Shown here piece after piece: positions 13,728 through 25,076 of a DNA stretch of 64,000 bases. Below the pieces are notes generated by a model. It had not been told where the DNA came from, ran no database searches, and worked only from the letters and a program-made list of their open reading frames with translations. Positions within the stretch are counted from its first letter, which is position 1, and every line of letters begins with the position of its first letter. Source of the DNA: Eledone cirrhosa (Eukaryota); NCBI GenBank assembly GCA_964016885.1, contig OZ024745.1:47182001-47246000 (forward strand), read 5' to 3'. A program made the translations under genes and the position numbers.

Positions 13728-13824
<97 letters not shown>

Positions 13825-13918
13825 CAAGATTGAAAAAGAAGCAAAAGACGGAGAACAATTACACAATATATATACAATGATATTAAATAAATGGAAACTA
13901 TATTTATAAAACCATATT

Positions 13919-13980
13919 TATTCTATTATATATATTTCAAGGCTACCAAAAATTTTGGTACTCTATCATCAGATAAAATA
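13919..13980 (-). ncRNA. Minimal (short stem III) type I hammerhead ribozyme, family H1
   Basis: TATTTTAT-CTGATGA-TAGAGTACCAAAATTTTTGGTAGCCTT-GAAA-TATATA-TA-ATAGAATA. Homologues at 24116-24178(+) and 31603-31668(-). Confidence 0.7.
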
Positions 13981-14220
13981 CAAAATGTTTTATAAATATT
14001 TGACATGACCAAACATAATATACCTTGACGGGAACTGTTAAGGTATATTATCTTTTTTTGTACCCTTGAAATATATATAATAGAATAAATATGGTTTTAT
14101 AAATATAGTTTCCATTTATTTAATATCATTGAATACTTACTCCAGAAATCTGTCGAGTGCTCTGAATCAGTTATAAACATCTATATTTGTTGGATTTCCA
14201 ACAAATTAAATATCTCTTCT

Positions 14221-14252
<32 letters not shown>

Positions 14253-14300
14253 GTATACAAACATATATATTGGTCTCCGTCTGTATGTATATATATATAT

Positions 14301-16420
14301 AGTTGTGATGTCATTGGAGAGAAGTGTATCCGGAATGATAAAGGTGAGCTTGCCCTCACAAGTGCTGAGAAGAAAGATGCATGGAAGAGTCATTATGATA
14401 GATTACTAAATGAGGAGAATGCATGGGAAGAAGAGACCCTACCCCACGTAGACCCTATAGAGGGACCAGCAGTACAAGTCAGCGGCAGCGTAGTAAGTAA
14501 GGCAATCAGAGATATGAAGATCGGGTATAGCTGCCGAGATGCTGAAGGCATCTGGGTCTGTAGGTCACACTATAACCACACGTATCGTTAACCAGGTAAT
14601 ACTAGAGGGGGCCATACCAAAAGATTGGTGCAGTAGCATCATTGTCAACTGCTACAAAGGTAAAGGCGATGCACTAGATAGAGGAAACTATAGAGGTATA
14701 AAGTTGATGGACCAGGTCATGAAAGTAACAGAAAGAGTTATAGCACAGCTGATTAGGGACCGGGTGAATATAGACGAGATGCAATTTGGGTTTGTACCAG
14801 GGAAAAGCACCACTGATGCCCTCTTCCTTGTGAGGCAATTACAGGAAAAGTACCTAGCTAAAAGTAAGCCACTCTACTTGGCATTTGTCGACCTTGAGAA
14901 AGCCTTTGACAGAGTTCCACGTGCAGTAATCTGGTGGGCTCTTAGAAAACTAGGAGTAGATGAATGGCTTGTGAAAGCGGTACAAGCCATGTATAGGGGA
15001 GCAGTCAGCAAAGTTAGGATTAGCAATGAGTATAGCGAGGAATTTAGCGTACAGGTTGGGGTCCACCAGGGCTCTGTTCTTAGCCCTCTCCTGTTCATCA
15101 TAGTCCTGCAGGCAATAACGGAGGAGTTTAAGACCGGATGCCCATGGGAACTCCTGTATGCTGATGACCTCGCACTCATAGCTGAATCTATGGTAGAACT
15201 AGAGAATAAATTCCAAACCTGGAAGCAGGGACTAGAGAGAAAGGGCCTCAATGTCAACATGACAAAGACTAAGGTCCTTATAAGTAGACGAGAAAACAGA
15301 ACCCAGATCCCCTCAGGGAAATGGCCTTGCTCAGTATGTAGGAAAGGTGTAGGTAGGAACTCCATTCTCTGCCCCAAATGCAAACAATGGGTACACAAGA
15401 GATGTAGCGGGATCTCAGGAAGCTTAATTAAGAATGTAGGATTCACATGCAGCAGCTGTGCTGAAACAGCAAGCAAAAAGCCACAGGAAACAAGTACCAC
15501 CAATCTCTGGGAGGGCCCTGTAGAAACAGTAGACAGCTTCTGCTACCTAGGTGACCGAATTAGCAACGGAGGTGGGTGCTCAGAAAGTACAATAACTAGG
15601 GTAAGAACGGGATGGAAGAAGTTTAGGGAACTACTACCACTGCTAGCTGCAAAAGGCTTCTCCCTCAGAATGAAAGGCAGACTGTATGATGCGTGTATCC
15701 GAACAGCGATGTTGCATGGTAGTGAGACCTGGGCGCTGAAGGTGGAAGACTTACGTAGATTAGAGAGAAACGAAGCCTGCATGCTCCGATGGATGTGTAA
15801 CAGTAATATACATGAACGACAAAGCATAAAGGAATTGAGAGAGAGACTGAGCATAAGAGGAATCAAATGCTGCGTGCAGGAGAGGCGGTTATGCTGGTAT
15901 GGACATGTGATGCGTATGAAGGATGACAACTGCATAAAAAGGTGCAGAGCACTAGAAGTTGATGGAAACCGCGGAGTGGGGAGACCCAAGATGACTTGGG
16001 ATGAGGTGATAAAAGCCGACCTTACCCAACTACACCTCTCAAAGTCAATGACACACGACCGTGACTTCTGGCGTCACGCAGTAATACAGGGTACCCGACC
16101 TCCCATGGGTACATGCTGAAGCATATAAACAATATGCCCCTCCCCCCACCGCAAGGTGGTCGTGGAGGTGCCAAGGCAAAAAGCACCCAGCCCACACTGT
16201 AAAGTGGATGTGTAGGCGCCACGAAAAAGCACCCAGCACTCACTGTAAATGAGGTTGGTGTTAGGAAGGGCATCCAGCTGTAGAAATCAAGCCAGATCAG
16301 TTCCTGTACAAGCAAGGCATGGTCAGCCGACCAGACACTGCCCACAACAGGACAACCCGTCTAACCCATGCTAGCATGGAAGAACGGACGTAAAACGGTG
16401 ATGATGATGATGATGATGAT
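14301..16420 (+). mobile_element. RTE-clade LINE subfamily A, 5'-truncated, bounded by (TA)n on both sides
   Basis: RT ORF, 3'UTR and (GAT)n tail. A small deletion near 14520 relative to the 56.2-kb copy shifts the frame. Confidence 0.92.
14539..16119 (+). CDS. RTE reverse transcriptase (partial) with internal C4HC3 PHD finger
   Basis: KGKGDA...NYRGIKL, QFGF, FVDLEKAFDRV, GVHQGSVLSPLLF, YADD, FCYLGD, RLCWYGHVMR, GRPK..W. PHD CSVC..CPKC.QWVHKRC..CSSC at 15328-15459. Confidence 0.9.
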   Translation: MLKASGSVGHTITTRIVNQVILEGAIPKDWCSSIIVNCYKGKGDALDRGNYRGIKLMDQVMKVTERVIAQLIRDRVNIDEMQFGFVPGKSTTDALFLVRQLQEKYLAKSKPLYLAFVDLEKAFDRVPRAVIWWALRKLGVDEWLVKAVQAMYRGAVSKVRISNEYSEEFSVQVGVHQGSVLSPLLFIIVLQAITEEFKTGCPWELLYADDLALIAESMVELENKFQTWKQGLERKGLNVNMTKTKVLISRRENRTQIPSGKWPCSVCRKGVGRNSILCPKCKQWVHKRCSGISGSLIKNVGFTCSSCAETASKKPQETSTTNLWEGPVETVDSFCYLGDRISNGGGCSESTITRVRTGWKKFRELLPLLAAKGFSLRMKGRLYDACIRTAMLHGSETWALKVEDLRRLERNEACMLRWMCNSNIHERQSIKELRERLSIRGIKCCVQERRLCWYGHVMRMKDDNCIKRCRALEVDGNRGVGRPKMTWDEVIKADLTQLHLSKSMTHDRDFWRHAVIQGTRPPMGTC

Positions 16421-16504
16421 ATATATACATACATATATATACATATATACATATATACATATACACATATATATATATATATATACATATACATACATAT
16501 ATAA

Positions 16505-16538
<34 letters not shown>

Positions 16539-16700
16539 GGGATAACAAGTTATCATTTTAGGTCATCCAGTTAGAGGTTGTGAGTACTCTGTACTATGGA
16601 TAGTTTTAACATACGGCGTTGTTTGACTCAACAAGAGGTTAGGTAGCGAGTTTGCGAGAATTCCCATGCAGGTCATTCTTGGAGTAATAGTAGTGAAAGA

Positions 16701-16785
16701 ATGATTCCGATGATTTGATCAGAGACACACACTGTATTTAAGGTCTAGTGACTCACCTGATCAATGAAACAATTGTTAATACTGT
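16701..16785 (+). ncRNA. Hammerhead-like motif with CCGATGA core and extended stem II
   Basis: ATT-CCGATGA-T-TTGATCAG...CTGATCAA-T-GAAA-CAATTG-TT-AAT: 8-bp perfect stem II base, palindromic stem III, weak stem I. Confidence 0.55.
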
Positions 16786-16841
16786 AAATAAAACCCTTTT
16801 TGTACAGCCGACCATGTTATTCTTCACTCATACCACTACAC

Positions 16842-16849
<8 letters not shown>

Positions 16850-16873
<24 letters not shown>

Positions 16874-17155
16874 GAAATTATTGTGTAAAGTGCTCAGGTG
16901 CACTACAACTCGTCAAAGGTGTATGTATAGTACATAGAATAATACACAAATGTCAGGGAAGTACATGTGTGTATGTGTTAGCTGTAGTGTTGGCAGATCT
17001 CGGGAAGCATGAAGGCCTTAAAGGATGCAGTGTCTCGACAGCCAACAACTGATGCAGGTAGTTTGTTCCATGCTTCAGCAACTCTGAGCGTGGAAAAATG
17101 TTTCCGAAAGTCATGGGAACTGTGAAGTTTTCTGACTTTGTGGGCATGTCCACGT
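16850..17155 (-). mobile_element. CR1-like LINE 3' fragment
   Basis: TRGHAHKVRKLHSSHDFRKHFSTLRVAEAWNKLPASVVGCRDTASFKAFM then (ATT)n. Confidence 0.8.
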
Positions 17156-17174
17156 GTATATATACATACATATA

Positions 17175-17878
17175 TCATCATCATCATCATCATCATCATT
17201 TAACGTCCATGTTCCACGCTTGCATGGGTTTGGACGGGAGTTTTCCCACTTGAGGCAAGAGTGGTTGTCTTGCTCGCATAGGACTATCTGGCGGGTTTTC
17301 TACAGCTGGATGCCCTTCCTAACACCAACCACATTTACAGTGTGGGACTGGGAGGTTTTTACCGTGTTGCCTACACGGCCACATTACAGCGTGGACTGTG
17401 TGTTTTTTTGTCGTGACACCTACACGATCTCATTTGTTTCGGCCTGGATGTTGTGGCACCAACGTAACTTTACATTGAAAGGGGCGGTGTGGATGGGGTG
17501 GGGGTGGTAGGACGGGGGCGTATTTTGTTAGAGATGCCTACTGACTGTAGTAGGTTTACTTTGTATTTAGGCAAGGCGGGTCTTCTCTATTACTGAGTAC
17601 CGCCAAAGATCTCGGCCCAGTGACATTGTCTTGGAGAGGTGTAAGTGTGTGAGGTCGGAATTTATCAGGTCGACCCAGGTTCTTCTGGGTCTGCCTACTC
17701 CGTGGCTACCGTCTATCTTTATTGCCCTGCACTTTTTTATACAGCTGTCGTCTTTCATGTGCATCACGTGACCATACCAACGTAGCCTTCTCTCGAGTAA
17801 ACAACATCTGATCCCTCTTATTTCTAATTTTTCCCTTAGTTCGTTTATGCTTTGCCGTTCACGTATATTACTATTACA
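17175..17878 (-). mobile_element. RTE subfamily B 3' fragment
   Basis: [38 protein letters not shown]...GRPRRTW; nearly the same as 58283-58975. Further 3' pieces at 34024-34468(-) and 63842-64000(+). Confidence 0.85.
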
Positions 17879-18027
17879 TATATACATACATATACATACA
17901 TATATATATATATATACATACATACATATATATACATACATATACATATATACATATATATATATATACATATATATACATACATATATATATACACACA
18001 TATATATACATACATACATGAACATAT

Positions 18028-18325
18028 GGAGGCACATGGCTTAGTGGTTAGAGCATTGGCCTTGCAATCGAAAGGTTGTGAGTTCAATTCCCAGACTGGG
18101 TGATGTGTTGTTTCCTTGTGCAAGACACTTTATTTCACATTGCTCCAGTTTACTCAGCTGTAGAGGTCGTGGGGGTGCCACGGCAAAAAAGCACCCAGCA
18201 CTCACTGTAAATGAGGTTGGTGTTAGGAAGGGCATCCAGCTGTAGAAATCAAGCCAGAATCAGTTCCCGTCCCACCCTTGCAAGCAGGGAAAAGTGGACG
18301 TAAAATGAAATGATAAATGACAATG
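18028..18325 (+). mobile_element. SINE family 2 copy (internally deleted)
   Basis: Same head and tail as 12641-13035. Confidence 0.8.
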
Positions 18326-18387
18326 ATACATACATATATATATATACATACATATATATATACATATATATATATACATATACATAG

Positions 18388-18420
<33 letters not shown>

Positions 18421-18595
18421 CATATACATACATATATATATACATATATATATACATACTTATATATATATATACATATACTTGTGTATAATGGTAGCTC
18501 TGGTGCTTCCACAGACGGTATGCCAAAATTAGCACTCAATATTAATACAGAGCAGAGTGTGGATAGCATAAAAAATTTGCTCCGAACAAAATGCC

Positions 18596-18686
18596 CGTGT
18601 CTAAAGGAACCTGCAGCCGTAGAATCAGCCAGATCCATACAGTGATCATGCCTTGAGCTACCTGTTGGTGAAACAATTGTAACACG
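18596..18686 (+). ncRNA. Degenerate extended-stem-II hammerhead
   Basis: CGTGT-CTAAAGG-A-ACCTGCAG...CTGTTGGT-GAAA-CAATTG-TA-ACACG: stems are intact but the core is mutated. Confidence 0.4.
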
Positions 18687-18775
18687 CAATAAACTGAGTC
18701 CAGATGCATCACTGATTTTTCGTTTTTTTATACTATATATATACATACATATATATATATGTACATACATATATA

Positions 18776-18826
<51 letters not shown>

Positions 18827-19052
18827 ATATATAAACACACACACGCGCGCATATATATATATATATACATATACGTACATATATACATATATAAATATAC
18901 ATATATATATATACATACATAAATATACATATATATATACATACATATATATACATAAATATACATATATATATACATATATATATATACATACATATAT
19001 ATACATAAATATACATATATATATATACATATATATATATAGAGATATATAT

Positions 19053-19093
<41 letters not shown>

Positions 19094-19256
19094 GGAAAAA
19101 GTATGACCCCGACGGCAGAGCTCAAGCCGTTGGCTTGAGCTCTTCCGTCGGGGTCATACTTTTTCGTATTTCCCACTCTACTACCCTAAGTATTGAGTAA
19201 TCTGGTGCGTTATGGTCCATCTGGTTCCTTACCACAATTCCTGTGTTATATATATA

Positions 19257-19600
19257 CTAGCTGACGTACCCAGCTTCGCCCGGGTAAACAGATGATAAGA
19301 GAAGACAGGTAAAAGAGAAAATGACTGTATTGGATGTTTGTCTGGTTACAGCATGAGGCGAGTCCGTGGTGTCTGATACAAAAAACAGTAAAACAAATCT
19401 TCCAGATATACCAGATTCTTCGTTGTACCGTTTGTGCATAGTATATGAACAATTCTAGGTGCTCCCTCTAGGAGATAGGAGATGGTTCATCTTCTGCCTG
19501 ACTGCAAAACGTGTATCATTGGATAGACGTGGTTGTTCCACGTTTCTCAAAAGGATGGTGGAAGTTCCAATCTTTTATATTATATGTAGATATAGATATA
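19257..19600 (+). mobile_element. Helentron/DINE-like non-autonomous element
   Basis: Begins ACTAGCTGACGTACCCAGCTTCGCCCGGG (ACTAG plus short hairpin) and ends TTTTATATTATATGTAGAT, the pattern typical of invertebrate Helentron-derived elements. Confidence 0.5.
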
Positions 19601-20142
19601 GATAATTAATATAAAAGATGTCCGTCAATGTAAAAAAAGGTCCCTATTTACTCCCTTCACAACTCTGTGTATGTTAGACTGACAGACAGGCACACAGACA
19701 GATAAACTGCGTGGCGATTGTGGGATGCCGCACGTACACACACACATACACGCATGGAAACGCGCACATGCACACAAACTTACGCGCACACTCGCACATG
19801 TTGATAGTTGTTACTTTCTGTGGAACGTTGCACGCACACACACACGCACATATGTTAATAGTTATTGCTTTTCTCCCCCTCTTATTTCCACACACACACA
19901 TGTCTCTACACTGACACATATACATAGTGTATCCAAACACAGTTTGGCGTCGTTGAGGTGGGCTGAGTCGTTTGAAACGTTTGAACTAATGATAATCAAG
20001 AATTATGACACACGGAATGCTGACATTGTTCAAATTAATATATATATATATATACAGTATATATATACATACATATATATGCATACATAAATATACATAT
20101 ATATATATATATACATACATATATATACATATATATATATGT

Positions 20143-20490
20143 ATCATCATCATCATTTCATTTCATTTTATGTCCGCTTTTTCCCTGCTTGCAAGGGTGG
20201 GACGGGAACTGATTCTAGCTTGATTTCTACAGATGGATGCCCTTCCTAACACCAACCTCATTTACAGTGAGTGCTGGGTGCTTTTTTGCCGTGGCACCTA
20301 CACGACCACTTTGCAGTGGAGTGATATGGACCCCAGTCCCTATCATCTCATTTCTACAGCTGAGTAAACTGGAGCAGTATGAAATAACGTGTCTTGCTCA
20401 AGGAAACAACACATCACCCGGTCTGAGAAATGAACTCACAACCTTTTGATTGCAAGCCCAATGCTTTAACCACTAAGCCATGTGCCTCCA
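20143..20490 (-). mobile_element. SINE family 2 copy
   Basis: Reverse complement of the 12641-13035 structure. Confidence 0.8.
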
Positions 20491-20504
20491 TACATATATA
20501 TATG

Positions 20505-20539
<35 letters not shown>

Positions 20540-20609
20540 GTATATATATGTATGTATATATATATATGTATAGAAAGATTTGAATGGATACAGTTTAGTT
20601 AAAAGGAAT

Positions 20610-20730
20610 TTATTGACACGTGTTTCTATAACAGTTACATAACCTGAAAACAGCTGCTATCTACAAAGTATTAGTTATGCAGACATTCAATATTTCAATG
20701 TTATTATCAACTGCCATTTCATCGGAATAA
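20610..20730 (-). ncRNA. Penelope pLTR hammerhead, CCGATGA core, 92-nt branched stem II
   Basis: TTATT-CCGATGA-A-ATGGCAGTTG...TAACTGTTAT-A-GAAA-CACGTG-TC-AATAA, downstream of the GIY-YIG ORF on the same strand. Confidence 0.65.
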
Positions 20731-21248
20731 TTTTACTGAGGACCTGTTTGTTTTTTATAGAGAATATTAGGAGGGCGGGGTGAAGTTGTTAGAAGAATAG
20801 TTGAGGGAGTGGTTTTTTGATAGCAGTGAGAATTTTTGGCGGAAGTGAGTAATTAGATTCCCATCTGTTGTTTTGACATTTTTATAGAATATATTATTGG
20901 TTATTTTTTCTAAATCTATAGAAGGATTAGAGATAGTATAGATATGCGTGGTTGGTTTTGTGTTTGCACTTAATTAACATTCAGACTTAAATTTTTCTTT
21001 CAAGTGTACGTATCCTTTCGCCCACGCATTCACACACAAACATATATGCACACCTCTACAAAATACATATACTCACATTCACATACTTACATGCTCATAC
21101 TTACATACATATACACATGCATACATATATATATACACACATATATACATGTACATACATACGCGTTCATGTGTATACATTTTCATACTCAACTTATCTT
21201 TATATACACACGTATAGACACACACATATATACATACATACTCCAGTC

Positions 21249-21310
<62 letters not shown>

Positions 21311-21586
21311 CACTTTAATACATGAATACACTTACATCTAACTATACACATCAAACATATATATATATTTACTTATTTATATACATTTTCACATATATAT
21401 ACATACTTATGGTCGCTTTTAGACACATTCATTATCGCATATTTGCACCTATTCTCATCAGCATATCTTTCCATTATTAGTGTGGTAATTTAAGGTTATT
21501 AATATACATATATATGTTGAGAAGAGATTGTTTTTATATTTTCTAACTAGATTGAGGTTTATATAGTTGGGGGGGATGTCCCTCTT

Positions 21587-22238
21587 TTATGTAATATTCA
21601 GCTTGTAGTGGGAAAAAAGGGTTTTAGTTCGGTGACGGCAGAATAATGTTCGTTCAATTCTGTTATTCAGCAATTTCCTCTTGTGTGTGATTATGTAATA
21701 AATCTCAAGATTACACAATTTGCAGAAATTTTGGCTCCTGGAAAAGCTTTGGGTTTTAGCTAATTTCTCCCATTTTAGGGTAAACTTTTGATCGCTATCC
21801 CTGAGCGTCCAAGCTTTTTCTGCTAAAGTTGTTACATTTCTTTGGCTCTGGTGTTTTATTGAGTAAGAATGCCCATATAATCGAGATTTAAACGATGTTG
21901 CCGTTGATCCCACGTAATACCACTCGTTGCCTCCGGATTTAATGGTACACTTATAAATAATATTTTTTTCCAGGCAGTTATTGCCGAGGGGGCAGTTGTT
22001 AGGATAGGTGCAGTTACAGTTGTGTACGTTGGGTTTTCTCTGGAGTAGTATTGCGGACGAACTTAGGTGTGGTTTATTTATGTTCTGTAGTGTATTGTCT
22101 ACTGTTTTTTTTGTGTTCTTTTTACTTAAGTTTTTAGTGTTTTCGTTTAACCTTCTAGTATTGATCTTTTTTATGTGTTGTTCAAGGTTTAACGCTGTAG
22201 AGTATGACAGTCTTATAGTGGTAGGGTTTAGGATTTTT
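21587..22238 (-). CDS. Penelope-like element (Neptune-type) C-terminal GIY-YIG endonuclease, 5'-truncated
   Basis: IRLSYS..NL...[26 protein letters not shown]...[15 protein letters not shown]...TTLA...W...CKLCNLE...LLNNR.E...CRHR. The first ~45 aa of the ORF-track call are microsatellite. Confidence 0.88.
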
Positions 22239-22239
22239 A

Positions 22240-22293
22240 TATGTATATATATATATATATGTATGTATATATATATGGATATGTATGTATATA

Positions 22294-22366
<73 letters not shown>

Positions 22367-22896
22367 ATACATGTCTAACCCATGCTAGCGTGGAAGATGG
22401 ACGTTAAACGAAGATGATGATGTATATATATATATGTATATATATGTATATATATATATATATATGTATATATATGTATGTATATGTATATATATATGTA
22501 TGTGTATATATATGTATATATATATATGTATATATATATATGTATATATATATATGTATATATATGTATGTGTATATATATGTATATATATGTATATATA
22601 CATACATATATATACATATATACATACATGGACACACTAGAAGAGGAAGACCAAGGTTAACGTATGTTGATGCCCTAAGGACAGACACTGGTCTGTTGGA
22701 GATGCAGGACATGGCAGCGATAATGAGGGACAGAGACAACTGGAGAGAACTCGTCCATGGATCTCGGGAATTTTACCCGCCTTAGATAGATAGATATATA
22801 TGTATGTATATATATATGTATATATATATATGTATATATATATGTATATATATATATATCTATAAATATATATACATGTATATATATATGCATACA

Positions 22897-22936
<40 letters not shown>

Positions 22937-23488
22937 CATACATATACATATATATACATATATATATACATATATATATACATGCATATATATACATATA
23001 TATACACATACATTTATATACATATACATATATATATATACATACATATATATATATACATACATATATATATATACATATACACATACATATATATACA
23101 TATATATATATATACATATATATACATATATATATATACATACATATATATTTATACATATATATATATACATATATATATATACATATATACATATATA
23201 TATATACATATATACATATATATACATATATACATATACATATATACATATACATATATATATATACATATATATATACACACATATATATACATATATA
23301 GATATATATATAGATATATATATATACATATATATACATATATATATACATATATATATACATACATATATATATACATATATATGTACATATATATATA
23401 CATACATATATATATACATATATATATACATACATATATATACATATAAATACATATACATATATATACATATACATATATATATATA

Positions 23489-23529
<41 letters not shown>

Positions 23530-23860
23530 ACATACATATATATATACATACATATATATATACATACATATATATAAAATTTATATATACATATATATAC
23601 ATACATATATATAAATTTATATATACATATATATACATACATATATATACATATATATATATATATTTATATATATATATACACATATATGTATCTCAGA
23701 TATGACAACCCTTAATTTAATTTTTGGATATATATATACATATATATGTATATACATATACATATATATATATATATACATATATACACATATATATACA
23801 TACACATATATACATATATATTTATATACATATATATATATATATACACATATATATATA
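22240..23860. repeat. ~1.6-kb compound (TA)n/(CATA)n microsatellite with embedded RTE tails
   Basis: Direct reading; RTE tail at 22374-22421. Confidence 0.95.
22627..22795 (+). mobile_element. 3' end of a different RTE-like LINE with (TAGA)n tail
   Basis: [22 protein letters not shown]...[11 protein letters not shown] is the RTE C-terminal motif. Confidence 0.7.
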
Positions 23861-23955
23861 TGAAGTATTTCCGTAGGAAAGGTAAAGGAAAAGAGAGTGC
23901 TCTATGTAGGCTACAGAGCATTTTAGTTATGTAATAAACAACATAAGATAATTAT

Positions 23956-24026
23956 TTCATTTACCAAAGGTTTCACAAAGACAGACAAGCCTGGCACAGA
24001 CATCTGCCTTCAATCGTCAGAATGAA
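23956..24026 (-). ncRNA. Type I hammerhead ribozyme, canonical core
   Basis: TTCATT-CTGACGA-T-TGAAGGCAGATG...TGTCTGTCTTTG-T-GAAA-CCTTTGG-TA-AATGAA: 6-bp stem I, 12-bp stem II, GUA triplet. Confidence 0.8.
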
Positions 24027-24115
24027 GAACTTATCGTTTTAAGTTCTATTCAAACAGAACTTGAAACAATTAGTTCTTGTTTTTGAATACGTCACTATCT
24101 ATAAAACAACTTTTG

Positions 24116-24178
24116 TATTTTATCTGATGAGAGTGTAGCAAAAAATGTTGGTACCCTTGAAATATATATAATAAAATA
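24116..24178 (+). ncRNA. Minimal type I hammerhead ribozyme, family H1
   Basis: TATTTTAT-CTGATGA-GAG...CTT-GAAA-TATATA-TA-ATAAAATA: perfect 8-bp stem I, palindromic stem III. Confidence 0.75.
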
Positions 24179-24639
24179 AATATGGTTTTATAAAGATAGT
24201 TTCTATTTATTAATATTATTGATATTATACTCCAGAAGAAATTTGTAGAGTGCTTCGAATCTGTTATAAATAAATTAGTTGAATAACCAACAAATTAAAT
24301 AACTCTTTGCAAATATATATATACATGCATATATATATATATATATATATATATTGGTAAACGGAATAGAAAATGCTGACAAATTGTTCACAGTTGAAAA
24401 ATGGTTTAATTAGGAATAAAAGAGTATTAGTGATTGTATGGGTTAGTATTCAGTTGTGGTTTTAAGTTTTTAAGTTTTTACCGGTTGCGCATTTCTAAAT
24501 GCTTTTCAAAAATAATTTTGAGATAGAGTGTCCGTGCTGTTTGCTCTGATCTCTCTATATATATATACATACATTATATATATATATTTAGGATTGCAAT
24601 GTCAAATCACTGGTGGTTTATACACACACACACACACAT

Positions 24640-25015
24640 ACATACATACATGGTGGCTGCCAACTCGTTTTCGAGTACGGCCACTACTTTATATCTATGT
24701 AGGAGAACCCCTACCGATGCGTTGAACAAGTGTGACTTTTTAGTCCAGCCAGCGACTTGAAAACACTACACTTGTGACAATTATTGACACATAGTGCTGG
24801 GCCCATGGTACCATGTGACGACAAGTGCAGAGAGATCTCCAGATATAAAGCAATGCCTGTGCTGTGAAGCTTTTATAGTGAGCAAAGGCACTGCACGAAG
24901 CCAGTCCCACTCTCTTAACCAAGATGATATTTACCAAAAAGAAGAACAAGTCAACATCATTGAATACCATCAGGGTTGTAGGTGTTATATCAGAGTTTTC
25001 CTTCTAGAATTCTGC
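24640..25015 (-). mobile_element. Non-autonomous repeat with (ATGT)n tail, probably RTE-derived
   Basis: Shares CTAGAAGGAAAACTCTGATATAA and cccactctc blocks with 46195-46500 and 46560-47110. Confidence 0.5.
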
Positions 25016-25076
25016 CTACATACATACAAACCACAGCTTGATATAGAAAATTGTTTAAAAAAAGTTCTCACATTAT

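Noticed and set aside
14874-15989. Long antisense ORFs over RTE copies (also 49299-49784, 56709-57758, 59243-59677, 60937-61710)
   Set aside because: Shadow frames of the RT coding strand with no recognisable motifs.
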